Origin: Albugo candida
Taxonomy: Eukaryota
Direction of reading: 5' to 3'
Length of the DNA stretch: 64,000 nucleotides
NCBI GenBank assembly: GCA_040437565.1
Contig: JBDOQK010000012.1
Location: 310,001 to 374,000, forward strand
The notes beneath the pieces were generated by a model. The model worked only from the letters and a program-made list of their open reading frames with translations. It made no database searches and had not been told where the DNA came from. The position numbers were made by a program, and so were the translations under genes. Numbering within the stretch: the stretch's first letter is position 1; every line of letters starts with the position of its first letter. This document shows, one piece after another, positions 12,879-25,905 of this stretch.

Positions 12879-13970
12879 ATGGCTTATGCGACCCCAGCTC
12901 CAGAATTTTCTCGCTTGTCGGGACACCATCCCATGAAAGTGGCCTTTGATTTACACAATAGTAGCACACAGGATCAGGAAATTCATAGAGCTTATGCCAC
13001 GTGCGGTAAAACTCTAAATGATAGAGAAATGGAACTCGGATTGAACATTGATGACTTCAAGGTGCCGGCAGCATCTACTTCTTGTAAGGCACAGACTGGT
13101 ATGAATGGTGGGCGCTGGACAGAGAAAGAACATCAAAGCTTTCTCGTAGGACTCCGGTTATATGGTCGTGAGTGGAAAAAAGTTGCATCGAAAATCAGAA
13201 CCCGAACTTCGGCTCAAATACGAAGTCACGCACAAAAGTATTTTGCAAAGATCTCTCGTGATGATCAGCAGCGACGTAAAGAATCGGGTGAGACGCTATC
13301 GCATTCACCTGAAAAATCACATGACGTAACGAATTCGCAACCTTCAGACATGACCACAATTGCATTCAACGGGTATTCCACAGATAGTGACATATCAACG
13401 AGTCCTTCTAACACCAGTGATCATGGCGATACTGATGGTAGTGTGTCATATCGGAGCAAGGAACGAACAAAAAAGCAGAAGGTTGAGTCCTCATATCGTT
13501 TCGGGCGCAGTATTGAGATCAAAAAAGCAAACGAAGACGGGAATTCGCTGGTGGTACCTATCAAATCCGAAACACTTCTATTTCCTTTAAAATCCAAAGT
13601 GAGACAATCGTTCAGCACTCAACTATCACGTCTCGATACTTTGAAACCACGTAAATACCACAGAGACACGGAATATAATGTGAAGAAAACGAAGACTTTG
13701 CCGTCACAAGAAGAGCTGATTGAGAGTGTTGCACCTAATGTACGCCATCGTCTCTCATCTTTGATCGAAGCAGAGCTGTGTGCTTTGCAAGTGCTTTCAT
13801 ATTATACATTGTTTCAAATAGATCAGCCGTGCCCTTCCAAGAAATGTAAATTGGAAACGAATGATTACAGTAGCGAAGAAACACCACTATTCTCTGACCG
13901 CAACTCTTCCACACAAAGCATCATCGACTCAGTTACGAATGGAAGCATTCGAACAGCTCAGATCGTTTAA
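12879..13970 (+). CDS. SHAQKYF-class single-repeat MYB transcription factor
   Basis: GRWTEKEHQSFLVGLRLYGREWKKVASKIRTRTSAQIRSHAQKYF; first in-frame ATG at 12879. Confidence 0.92.
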   Translation: MAYATPAPEFSRLSGHHPMKVAFDLHNSSTQDQEIHRAYATCGKTLNDREMELGLNIDDFKVPAASTSCKAQTGMNGGRWTEKEHQSFLVGLRLYGREWKKVASKIRTRTSAQIRSHAQKYFAKISRDDQQRRKESGETLSHSPEKSHDVTNSQPSDMTTIAFNGYSTDSDISTSPSNTSDHGDTDGSVSYRSKERTKKQKVESSYRFGRSIEIKKANEDGNSLVVPIKSETLLFPLKSKVRQSFSTQLSRLDTLKPRKYHRDTEYNVKKTKTLPSQEELIESVAPNVRHRLSSLIEAELCALQVLSYYTLFQIDQPCPSKKCKLETNDYSSEETPLFSDRNSSTQSIIDSVTNGSIRTAQIV

Positions 13971-15092
13971 GCCCCTCCGCTTTATCTGTAATCTGACGGG
14001 AAGGTCAAAAGAACACATTATTGATACTATAGCGAATGAGCGCTGTTGTCCTGATGCGTCGAACATACCGCTATGTGATATAGGGTTGTCAAAGAATTGA
14101 GGTCGATCATCGGCAGCTAGCCAAAAATTGCGCTCGTTCTGTCTTCAGGACCAGCATTTAGCACACACTAGGTCGATTTATACAGCTACCTTGTGGAAAT
14201 TAAGAGTGTGAATCTCCATGCAGTTTCACACAGATCTGAGAACTGAGTAAAGCCCACAAACTGCGATATTGAGACTCACATTGCGTGATTTGTGTCATCA
14301 AGGAATACGTGATGTCAAAATACGAGTTTACACAGAGGTTTCTCTGGTCTAAGATGCAGCCGCTTCGATTAAATTGGTTCAAGCAATGACCCTGAGAAGA
14401 AAGCTTCAGTCTCCATATTCTGTGACATCTTGCACCAGCTTTTGTTTGCGTTCGACTCAAGAGTTGATCACCACACTCGAGGGCTAGACATCTATACAAA
14501 CACGATGCGATGGTAAAATCGGATTGACCGAATGACCAAGTCTACCAAAAAAACTAACTGTTAGAGATCGGACTCTTCAAATCAGAAACAAATTTGCATC
14601 CCTTCGCCTTTTGGTCCGTTGCAAGCAATCAAGCAAAAGGTCCTCAAGGCTGGTACTACAAAAATAGACGAATTAGTGAAAGGCAGGAATGGATTGTACC
14701 ACCACGTTTGCACCAACCACTTCATTGACATTTGTGATTTGATTGTGCATGAACACATCAAGTTGAGATGAATAACATACCTGTCACGTATCTGAGATCA
14801 CTATATCGCTTCATAGATTAAGCCTATGATAAATCTCTTCGTATGCATACAATAATTGTAAATTAAATCGACAATACTGAGCGCAGATAAATCCAATCGT
14901 GCACGATTTGGATCCATACATCTAACAAAGGCCATATTTTTCCGGCATCTGGTCTATTCATGAAATCTTGGTCGTTCTTATCGAATGTAGCAATCGCTCA
15001 AAATTGTCCATTTTTCTTTTGTTATCGATCACATTGTCAGCGAGCTACTGGAAGTGAACAGCCTTACGGTGATTTGTGCATATGCTTCTACC

Positions 15093-16800
15093 TTATGCGA
15101 AATTACCATTAGCTACCCTGCGATTATATGACGCATTTTCTAAACCCAGTGTGATTCGCAGTGCATTATATCGGCACAAAGCATCGTCGATGTTGATATA
15201 GCTGCCTTGTAAATGACGCTTGGTACTTTCGATATTCGCTTCAAAATAAGTTCTTCCATGCAGCATCCTATCGGAAATTCAAAATCATTTCTTTCCAGTC
15301 ACAGGATCTGTTCCAGTACCTTCGTTGATTGAATACAATCGTATCGCCTTCTTGCAATCGATACTCTTTTCGATGACCTGGATTCTCGATGATGTCATGA
15401 AAAACTTTGTACGCCGCATAATAGGGCAGGACATCGTCAAATGGTACTCGTAGTGGACCTTCAAAGGGAGGGCTCCAATGGACCGCGATTATCTGAAAAT
15501 ATGACAGATTAGCACAAGCTCTCGCACTTACTTGCATTAATTACCTCACCGCGGTGATTGGTATGTATATGAGGACGCTGAAACTCCATAACAGCTGGAT
15601 TGCTTCGATCCAGATGATACTTTTTGAAAGTAGCAGGTACCCGACATAATGTGTCGAAATGTTGAGGGTGAAGTATTTGAAGTTCTTTTGTAGCGGCAAA
15701 GACATCCACAAAAGTGGAAATTCCACCACTTATACTCGCATCAAATTCCAGCGCATGAAGTAGCTGGACTCCTGGTGGAGATTCATAGTAAGAGAGATCA
15801 ACGTGATGTTTAAGGGCTTGAGAGGTGTATGCTATGTTGATCTATCATGATAATGAGAAGATACAGTATTGAATCAGGTCACTTACAGGTTCATCCTCAC
15901 TCACGACATCGAAAATCTCACCATACAAGAAGCTGAGCGCAAGAGATTAATGACCTCATTCTGAGAATCTCAAGTTATTTGCACCTGTGTGAGATGGGAG
16001 CGATACGTTTTGCAATTTTCTTAACCTCTCCTGCCTTGGTCGGAGTTTCTTTCACCACACAGCATCCATATTCCACGACATTATGCAGGAGCTCGAATAC
16101 ACCTCTGTCTGACTCCATGACATAGGTATAATCCACCGTTTTCATCGGAAAATCTTGCCGCGTTACTGTTGGTGTCATTGATTTGGAGTGAGCTTCCAGA
16201 GAATCATTTTCGTAGCAATTGTCGCGGAGCCATCTCCAAGTATATGTGCTTTTATGCTGCTTCGGTCCCCATACAATGTTCAGTGTACTTCCTCTGACTA
16301 TAGCAAAAATATGCGCAAGTCAATCATTTCATTTGAGACCGGTCTGTTTACCAGAAATATCCTCAATGACAAATTCCGCATTTAAATCGGCACTATTCAC
16401 GATTCGTTGCCCACAAGTACTTTGACAAGCGGCGCAAGAGCACCACGCTCGTAAATGATGTAGATGGAATCTACTGCTCTTTTCATCGCTCCAACTCAGT
16501 AATATGTAGTCTTTATGCTTGATATCAATGCTTAATAGCTTACAAATGGTCAAGAATTAGCATTCGCTGCAGGCAGCTGTTAAAAGGGCATACCGCTGGT
16601 TCCATTCGATCGCAAAAGACATTTTCAAGCGATGTGCAAAAACCAGCTTGCAATTGGATAAAGTGCTTCGGCTTGCTAATGAACCGTTCGAGTAATGTAT
16701 TACGCGCACACCATGAACGTATTGGATCACTCCATTCTCCTAGCGAATATCGGATTCCACGTCGACGACGCAAACCTTGCGATAGAATTGTTCGGAGCAT
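15093..16800 (-). CDS. Gamma-butyrobetaine dioxygenase family (BBOX/TMLH; 2OG-Fe(II), TauD-like), probably mitochondrial, multi-exon
   Basis: N-terminal Zn motif HLRAWCSCAAC; segments YGCCVVKETPTKAGEVKKIA, AYTSQALKHHVDLSYYESPPGVQLLH and LQEGDTIVFNQRRMLHGR...RHLQGSYINID; TAA at 15093. Presequence MLRTILSQGLRRRR (alternative ATG 16836). Confidence 0.88.
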
Positions 16801-16998
16801 GACGCTTGGATCTAAACCTTCTATTATAAATAACATGTTATCAATACGAAGGCAATCTCATGTCGATCTTCCAGAATTCTAAATTCGCTTTTCACCGATT
16901 AAAGTGATCAGATGCACATCGGTGGTAACGGCTTGCATGGAATTTTGGAAAGGTAAGCGAAGTTCATTATACTATCAATCGATACTCCTACTTTACAA

Positions 16999-19900
16999 TC
17001 ACATAGAACCAATATTTCTCACGTAGGCGATCAGGATTTTAATCAGTGCTGAAAGTTGTGACATTTTTTGGCATTCCCGCACGTGCGCTGGGTCTCTTAG
17101 GTACGAAAGACATTTGACGATGAGCGCATCGGTCGCGCGTAAGGAAGGCGCAGAAGCCAGCTCCACCACTTTCTCGTCATATACGAATGGATCTGCGTCC
17201 AGCTCGAGGACCCAAGCCGATACATCGGCAGGCAAACTGCACATGACATTTGCGTACTCTGCATCCGCCTTCATTCGTTGTAGGACTATTGCTACTCGAG
17301 TGCGAACGATCGACCCAAGGGACATCACTAAGCGCTGAGGCTCGCGCATTTGGTGAAGTACAAGCTCAGCATCCACGTCCTGGCCCAAACGATAAAGAAT
17401 CAACACTTGGGAAGCTCGGAGTTCTTCTTTGGGAATGCTGAACGCGTCCGCGAGTGAATACACCAGAGACTCGTGTGGGTCACACTCTAAGAGTTCTTGA
17501 AGAAAGCGAGCTCGGTTCACTTGCAATACTTCCCGCTCTTCATCTTTGGCTACCCGTCCTTTGTGCTCTGAGATGAATGTGTTTGGGCTGCAAAAATGCT
17601 TCTGCTGATCGGGAAAGAGACTTCGAATTGACACTGATTTCACAGTTGTCGCCGTGAATGCATCCAGTAAAAGTAAGAGAGTATGGTGATGCATTAGCCG
17701 TGAGGAGGAAAGCGTCTCGAGCTCGAATCCTCTAAATCGTTTTATAAATTTGGATTCTTTGGCAGGTGGAGGCCAGCACTGAGAAAACGTTTCACGCAAA
17801 CGGGTCACTGAACATCGCCATGGTGCAGAAGATGCTGCTTTACTTATGGATATAGAGCCCTCCATGTCTCCATCCGAATCGCTAGCGTCTGATAACTCGA
17901 TATCATCTTCTTCTTTGACATCCTTCTCTTCTGCAGAGTCGTTCGTCATTTTAGTGGTCCTGGATACTTGAATTAGTATCTGTAGAAACTCGATGACAAT
18001 GTGAAAGAAGTGACGAGCCATTTGTGGTTGTAAGGTTCGTTTTGGACTTTTTTCAGCGGCACGATCTTCCCAATATTGGTATAAAGAGAGTACATGAGCT
18101 TTCAGATACTTTTCCCAAATATGAATTCCCATTGCTGCTCGGAGGTCTAATGATTTGATTTGCTGCAGCTCGATAAGTGCATCACCAAGCTGCTGCATCT
18201 CTGAACGGTCAGAGTTCCAGGCAGCACACAACAAACTCGCTCGAAAACATTGAAGGCTGTCGAAATCATCCAGCTGTTGAAAACATGTAAGAACTCTCTT
18301 CCAGCTTTTCATCTGCTTTCCCGATCTGCAAGATTCCAAATCTTGAACCCATGAATCTTCAAACGAAGCATCCGCATGCGGCTTCCTGCCCACATTATTA
18401 CTGTACGAGTCATTTTCTGTCGGCTGATTGAATTGCAATAGCGCAACACCTCGTAAGACCTCATCCAGTTGTTCTACGGCATCCACACACACACGGCTGA
18501 TACGTCCCAAACAAAGTGAGATGAAGACCGTTCTGGACAACCCGTCTTGCAGAATCTCCCAGCGTATTCCTGCTCCGATACTGCAACATTTTCCAAGCGT
18601 CGATTCTTCCAGCTGTCTCGCGTAGTTGAGCTCTGCATGCTGACAATGTAAGCTCAAGATGTAGGCATGGAAGACCTCAACGCGCTTCAAGCAATCCAAA
18701 TACATTTCCGATGCACTCTTACTGATCCTGAGCAGCTGACAAACTTTTGCCGGCTCGGAACACGCATTATTATCATTCTCTGCATCGTTGCCATCTTCAG
18801 GCACTGACTGATAGTAGTATTCGATCCACCGTTGTAGCGGGGAAGACTGGCTTGGAGGTGCCAAAGCAAGTACAACCTTCAATGGTAGACCAAAATACCA
18901 GCTAAGGAACATCCTTACTTGTTCATCTGGAGGCAAAAAGATTGAACAATGCAACCGCTGGATTTCCTAAAATTCTCAAGTAACAACAGAGCACCAGACA
19001 TTGCCAAGTTACCACGAACCTGGATTTCAAATACGTTTGATAGAATTTGACCATGAAGTAGCATTGTGATTGCTTGCGTATGGATGGTAGCTGATAACCT
19101 TGCAGACAGATATGGACCCAGTGTATCCATTAACATACGTCTCTCATCCTCGCACTCTTTGCTGTCGTTTACGCTTTCCAAGTAGTGTACAACATGAAGT
19201 ACATCCTCTGACTCCATCCGATCAATCGGCAGATTAAACAACTCCAAGAACGTGGAAAGCTCGAGCGCACTAGCTCCCTCTATAGTATCGTACCAAACAC
19301 GAGTGGATCCTTCATCACTTAGTAAGTAGCCAGCACGGCGATATAATTCCAGCCACCGAAGTATGCGGCCTCTCTTCCGATCTTCGCTGACGTTCTCCGT
19401 GAAAATGGATGCACATGCAGTGGAATTAGACTGGTCATCCTCGAGGAAAGCACATAAGGTGGATTTGGATCGATAAAAGCTCTACATCGGAGAAGTTCAA
19501 GTGTCCGTCCCTGCATTCAGCGCAATACAAACGTACCTCTTTGAGGGTTTGGAAGGTTTTTGTCATATGAATTTTCCAAAGAATTCTGGCTAACAATAAT
19601 ATCTCATTCCTGTTTCCATCGGAATCAGGACCACTGATCCGACGAAGAACCTGGCACAAGACCCTATTTGAGAACTGCTTTTGATCCGGTTTTGAAGCAC
19701 AAACCTGCTCAAGCTTTCGCAGAACACACAAGCGTATGTCCAGCTGCAATAGACTCGTTTCGGAGCCTCCCAGAATGTCAAGCAGCGATTCAACGCTAGA
19801 AGTCAAATATAGCTGATCGAAGCGCTCCATCACCAACACATGCGGACTTGGTGTAACCATCCGATTTGTGGTATCAGGACTTTTAGCAAGTGTCTGCAGT

Positions 19901-21603
19901 TGGCCGACGATCTGATGAAGTATGTACGTTTCTTCCTGACACTTGTTCTACAATCAAAACGTCTCAATTCTGACGTAAGTGTTCAGATCAAGCTTAACAA
20001 GATACCTGCACAAAGTATCGAACCAAAATATTTGGATTGGGTGTCCGGAACGATACTTTTTTTAGTTGGAACTGCAAGCCTTCAGTCGGATACAAAATGT
20101 AGCAACATGAAGTAGCACCGTGAGCATCCGATCGGGTGAATAGGCGAGCTGATGGTCCGATTATAATACTCGCGACACAAGGACCATATCGTGCTCGCCA
20201 GACATCAATAGTTCCTCGTTGTTCAGAATAGATGGCTAGGTATAAACCTCGTGTGTGCTCATCGCCTTCATACCCGTGGAACCATCCGCATTGAGCATTT
20301 CGATAGCCCTTCCACATTCGTATAATTATCATTCTCCAGGTGTCAACGAGCATGATTCTCCCCAAAGAATCCGCTATTGCTGCTAAGCGGCCAGATGGAC
20401 TCACTATTAGCATTCGGCAACGTCGACGTGAATCTTCAGCAAACGTTGCAATAGCTTTCAGAGGTGTAGCTACATGTTCCATGGCTAAAGAAGAATGGAA
20501 GGGTTCCTCAACATTCGGCTTGGATTGAGGTGGAGATACTTCATTCGGCTTGATTGATATAATTTCCTCTCCTTCGTCTCCATATCTTTTCCATCCCCAG
20601 CTTCGAGCATATGACCACACTGCACCAATTGCACGAGTCGCGATTGCACTTGCAATGTGAGCGATATGTATGACTGAACTTTGATCATTTCCAGCATGAT
20701 AGAAAGAAATAAATGGATCATTCCCCACACTAATGGCAGTAGAGCTTCTCACTCGTGCATGTGACTGGAACAAACTAGGTCTTCTTGCATGACACGAGCT
20801 CACTGCAGCGATTTGACCTTGATCAAGAGCCTTATATTTTTGAAACTTGCTCACCTGAACTCCGCCTACAACCACAAGAATTCATGAGAAATTCATAGAT
20901 CATAGTCACTGCGATTCTTGCCTGACGTGTCGAATGCAGCAAACAGTTCTTCCAATCGTACGATGACAATTGTCCCGTCTTGATATAGGATCCAAATCTC
21001 ATCATTATAGTTTGGGATTTCATCGCGGTTCTTTCCTTCAAGTGAGTATTTCCAGCTCAGGTCCAAGCGGATAATTGATGTCGTGTGGAATTGCTATTGA
21101 AAGCATTCAGAAAAAATGATCAAGACAGGAAGCTCTCTCACCTGTTTGAGCTTCAACCCATCCTGATAGTGATACAAATATATGAATCCCATGGTGTCCG
21201 AAATGCAAAAGTATTCATTTGTGATCCAGCGAGCGTCAGAGAAAGTCACACTATCGCTCTCTTGCATCTCTTTTTGGCCGCTACTTTGTATCGTAGAGTT
21301 TTTCTTGTCAATGACTTGCAGTCTAAAGTGACGAGAATTATTTCCAGAGGCTGGCATAGCGGACAACAATGTTAAGTAGATGGTGTCTTTAAAGGTGCAC
21401 ACAAGATGACTAGAAAATGGAGCAATATCCATCTTCATCTGCGCGTTCTGCAGCATGGACGATGCACCTACTAATGCAAGCTCTGCATGATCTTCAAATA
21501 GGGCTTGAAAATCAATAGCGATACAGCAGACCAAATTGGCATCATTCGTCATTTTCTGCCTAGAATCAGAATCAGGGTCTGATGACGCGAATATATCGCT
21601 ACA
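16999..21603 (-). CDS. RAB3GAP2: Rab3 GTPase-activating protein non-catalytic subunit, multi-exon
   Basis: Signature VSPSGRLAAIADSLGRIMLVDTWRMIIIRMWKGYRNAQCGW...LAIYSEQRGTIDVW; long downstream exons 19435-19860, 18915-19247 and 16999-18954. The start is ATG 21552 or lies in the adjacent gap. Confidence 0.88.
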
Positions 21604-21704
21604 ANNNNNNNNNNNNNNNNNNNNNNNNNNNNNNNNNNNNNNNNNNNNNNNNNNNNNNNNNNNNNNNNNNNNNNNNNNNNNNNNNNNNNNNNNNNNNNNN
21701 NNNN

Positions 21705-22426
21705 CTTGGTGCACTCATCCATTGCCAATCAAAAGCCGTCCAGCTAAAAATACCACCGAAAATCATGGCAGGAAGGTACCCAACCATCAGGAATGCAGTG
21801 TGCATGCGAATCGTTGCATAAACTGTGATGGCAAGATAGCATGTGGCAGTGACTACTATCATTGTATACGCCCACGACTCTGTCAAGTAACGACTAGCAG
21901 CAATTGCAAGTAGTGCGAAGTTTGTAAGAATCGAGCAAGCCAACACGATCCGCCAAGCGATTTCGATACACTTGTCTACAATTCGGCGATCCATTTGAAT
22001 GCCAAACACTCTTGCAGTTTTCAGCAAATGCACTCGTTCCTTTCCAGCAAAACTCTGTAATGCCTCATAAGCCACGTGATGTAAAAATCCTCCAACGATA
22101 GCTGAAATTCCCAAAGCGATAAAGTAAATAACATACCATCGCTGAGAGATTCTGAACGGAATAACGTCACGCATTGCATCGATGCTAACTTTATCAAAGC
22201 GTTCAAAGTCGAAAAATCCCAAGTACGTCGCAAAACCAAAGCATTGTAAGCCCAGCATATAGTCTGTTATAAAACACGCAGGTTGTGCATCCCATTCCTC
22301 TCCAGTCGCGTCACGGTACGCCCATAAGCTCCAGCTCTCTAACTCTGCAAGTGCTTCCCGACATACTTCCGTCACAGAGCGCTTTCGAGTCGCGCAATAC
22401 GCTACTGGTTTTCCATCAGCTTCCAT
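21705..22426 (-). CDS. Multi-pass membrane protein, DUF6962-like; 3' end lost in an assembly gap
   Basis: Intronless ORF with several hydrophobic segments and motifs QPACFITDYMLG and ALGISAIVGGFLHH; it runs into the Ns at 21704. Confidence 0.55.
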
Positions 22427-22917
22427 TTAGCTTCACGTATATGTATTTATGTGCCTTTAAGAATCAATTCAAAGCTCACTCCACAGGTTGATTTCAAAAT
22501 AGGACGTGGAGGCAATAAAGGATAAAAAAAGATAGAGGCAATAAAAATNNNNNNNNNNNNNNNNNNNNNNNNNNNNNNNNNNNNNNNNNNNNNNNNNNNN
22601 NNNNNNNNNNNNNNNNNNNNNNNNNNNNNNNNNNNNNNNNNNNNNNNNGCAATAAAAATACCTGTTGGAAAAAAGAGAAAAGCCGGTTAGAGGTTGAAAT
22701 GATATAGTAATTTTCTTAAGCTTTTGCACCACTTTGGGTAATAGACTTTCTCAACGCTTTGCGGGACAACAGCAGGAAATTACTCGCGTGTTGAACTGTA
22801 GAATGTGGAGAACTTGATAATTTTCCACGAAACTGCACCACGCTATATAGTGTAAGGCATTTTCTAGGTTATACATACGATACATGAAGACTGGATCTTA
22901 TCTGCGATACTACTGTA

Positions 22918-24184
22918 TCACCTGCACTGTATTGGTAAACTACTGGAATGCGATCGCTCGTGTGGATCGGACCACGTCGGATCAGTGAAGATTGCAGAAA
23001 TGTTTTCATCGGAAATATCTGCTATTTGACTTGTGCTCTGAGGCCAGCTTGTAAAAACGTTTGAGTAAAACCCATCATCGGGGGACAATGAACGCATTTG
23101 CAAATCCCAAGGACTCTCAAATAATTGCTTGGTTGCAACCGGGGAAGAAAGTCTACTTGCTCGCATGATCGCAAGTGTGCTGTCATCATCAATCAGAATT
23201 GAAGATGGTAGAGGCTCGTCATTAGCGTACACTTCAGACCACTTTGTAAGAAGGGACGGAGGTGGATCATGCGTAATCGTAGTGACAGTGCTCGGTTTGG
23301 ACTGAACTCTTGCTCGTCTTTTGCACAAAAGGATGCTAAAACCAACAAGCATGAACAAGGTTGCTGCTAAAACCGCACATGCTATAAGCATTCCATTATG
23401 ATTTTTGTGATTTGCGGGGCCTCCTTTTTGGATCGCAGCTTCTTGCACGGAAAACGTTTGAAGACCAGAGAGAGCATGCTCAGTAACCACATCGGAAAGC
23501 GGAATATGAATTCCAGCGTAAACACCATACTTTCCTGGTGACTCCAAATGAATATTTGCAGTCAAACGTGTTTCCCTACCATGTTCTAGTGGTACATGTA
23601 AGAACTGCATCTTCTTGTAGATGAGTTGGTCGTCACCATAACAACTAACATTGCTGAATAAGCATAAGCATAAAGTCCCTGTTATGGGAGAATATCCGAC
23701 TCCCTCTTGATTCCGACGTAAGTGGTTATCAACCGAGGTATACGTTATATTATCTACAAGGTTGATCGTCCAAGTAATTTTTGTCTCTTCTTCAACTCTG
23801 CGAGACGATTTAAGGTCCAAAAATTGGATGGACACGGGGCAAGTAGAGCTACTACCTTTCAACAGACTCGCATTAAGTCTATCGTCAATAGATGCTTTAG
23901 GCTGTGATGGATCCGTACTGGCGTGCCGCCAGCAAATTGTGGAAGCATCAACCAAGTATTTGTCTACCAACATGTAATAAATTAAGAGGATGAAGGGATA
24001 AAAGAAGAGAATACATCTCACCATTTTCGGTAGTGTTGCATGTACAACAGCTTAAAATCAACGTTGTTTTCGATATAAACCATGGAATTCTATAGTAGTA
24101 GCGAGGTTTTTTTGACTGAACTGAGTGAGAAACATTTTTGCGCATATCGAGTCTGATCCTTGGATCAACAGATCTCGTTATCAT
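22918..24184 (-). CDS. Single-pass receptor-like membrane protein without a kinase domain
   Basis: Exon 1 24184-24022, intron 24021-23964. Cys-containing ectodomain (TICW...CPVSIQF...LCLFSNVSC...IHLESPGKYGVYAGIHIP), TM helix GMLIACAVLAATLFMLVGFSILLC, KRR stop-transfer and an S/P-rich tail. Confidence 0.7.
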
Positions 24185-24546
24185 CGAGCCAGCTTCTAAA
24201 TTGAAGTTGCTCTGCAGACTTATTTGTATCTAGTTTTTCTCCCCTCATTATCGCTGGAAGTGTTCGTTACAAGGTCAGATCAGCTATTATTCTTACTCTA
24301 CGGTACTGTAATAATGCGTCACCCGCAGAACTGGCCACTTGCTGGACACCCTGTTCATATAGTTACAGCATCACGATTGCTCATGCAACGTTATCGCAAT
24401 CAATCGGATACGAATTACACCGTCAGAGAATGAGTAAATTCTTTTTTTTGCAGCTGCGTGGATGATGAGCCTAGTTGCGCAGGTATAAGTTCAGCGACAG
24501 AACGATATATCAGAACACAAATGTATTGGCAATATCCTCGCTTAGA

Positions 24547-25801
24547 TTACTTTGCTTGGTTCTTGACACCTGAAATTCGTTGATGAATCTCCATTTGGTC
24601 TCCGAGGTAACCGCCGTTAAGTGGAGCAATCGCATCTTTGTGCTTGATTGGCTTCAGATTCTCATCGAGGTGATACACCAATGGGATTCCAGTTGGGATA
24701 TTGAGTTCGGTAATCTCTTCCTCCGAGATATTATCCAAGTGTTTGACCAGTGCTCGAAGGCTGTTTCCGTGAGCAGCGATGAGCACGTTTTTACCAGATT
24801 TGATTTGCGGGGCAATAGTATCGTTCCATTCCGGCAAAACCCGTTCTGCCGTAAGCTTTAATGACTCACAAACGGGAAGATGCTCCTTTGGTACACTCGC
24901 GTATCGTACATCATTACCGGGATAGTATTGACTTGACATTTCTACTGGAGGTGGTGGAATGCCATAGCTTCGGCGCCATTCCAAAACTTGAGCTTCCCCA
25001 TGCTTCAATGCAGTCTCTTTCTTGTCAAGCCCGGTCAAAGCTCCGTAATGGCGCTCATTCAGACGAAATGTTGTCTGAACCGGGACCCACATTTGCTCGC
25101 TTTGTTCTAGCACATGCCACAAGGTTCGAATCGCTCTTCTTAGATAGGAGGTGAACGCGATGTCAAATCGGTAACCGTTCTTTTTCAGCAAGATTCCTGC
25201 AGCAATGGCTTCATCATGACCTTGGGATGCGAGCGAAAGACACAATTTAATTTCAGCGAATACNNNNNNNNNNNNNNNNNNNNNNNNNNNNNNNNNNNNN
25301 NNNNNNNNNNNNNNNNNNNNNNNNNNNNNNNNNNNNNNNNNNNNNNNNNNNNNNNNNNNNNNNCCGGTCAAAGCTCCGTAATGGCGCTCATTCAGACGAA
25401 ATGTTGTCTGAACCGGGACCCACATTTGCTCGCTTTGTTCTAGCACATGCCACAAGGTTCGAATCGCTCTTCTTAGATAGGAGGTGAACGCGATGTCAAA
25501 TCGGTAACCGTTCTTTTTCAGCAAGATTCCTGCAGCAATGGCTTCATCATGACCTTGGGATGCGAGCGAAAGACACAATTTAATTTCAGCGAATACATAC
25601 GTTATTATTTATCGAACCTTTGGCAGATAATTCAACATCGTGCCAGCCGGTGAACAGATTCTTCTTGTTCCACTCGCTTTCCCCATGACGAATGAGAACC
25701 AGGGTGTGTTTGTTGCATTGCATTCCGGAAGCAAAATTACGTGCGAGAAGTGCTCTGCTAGCGCAAGACGAGAGCCTAGCATTTTTGATTAATGCCAGCA
25801 T
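24547..25801 (-). CDS. gpmA: 2,3-BPG-dependent phosphoglycerate mutase with a mitochondrial-type presequence
   Basis: [31 protein letters not shown] and [11 protein letters not shown]-extension [25 protein letters not shown]. One intron about 25617-25554; sequence is duplicated either side of gap 25264-25363. Confidence 0.95.
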
Positions 25802-25905
25802 ATCAATCGAGTTCGATAAGTATATATATTATCAGATATCGAGTTAACGATTTTAAGTCTGCTAAATTACTATTTTTATCATCAATGCAGCTTCAATCAC
25901 TTTTA

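Noticed and set aside
13971-15092. Intergenic region with 99-aa ORF 14200-14499
   Set aside because: No ATG-led convincing frame, domain, repeat or RNA structure recognised.
21094-22426. Apparent fusion of the membrane protein with RAB3GAP2
   Set aside because: The ORFs only join by reading through the N gap 21605-21704.
25031-25596. Apparent internal tandem duplication in the PGM gene
   Set aside because: Identical sequence on both sides of the 100-N gap 25264-25363 indicates an unmerged contig overlap.
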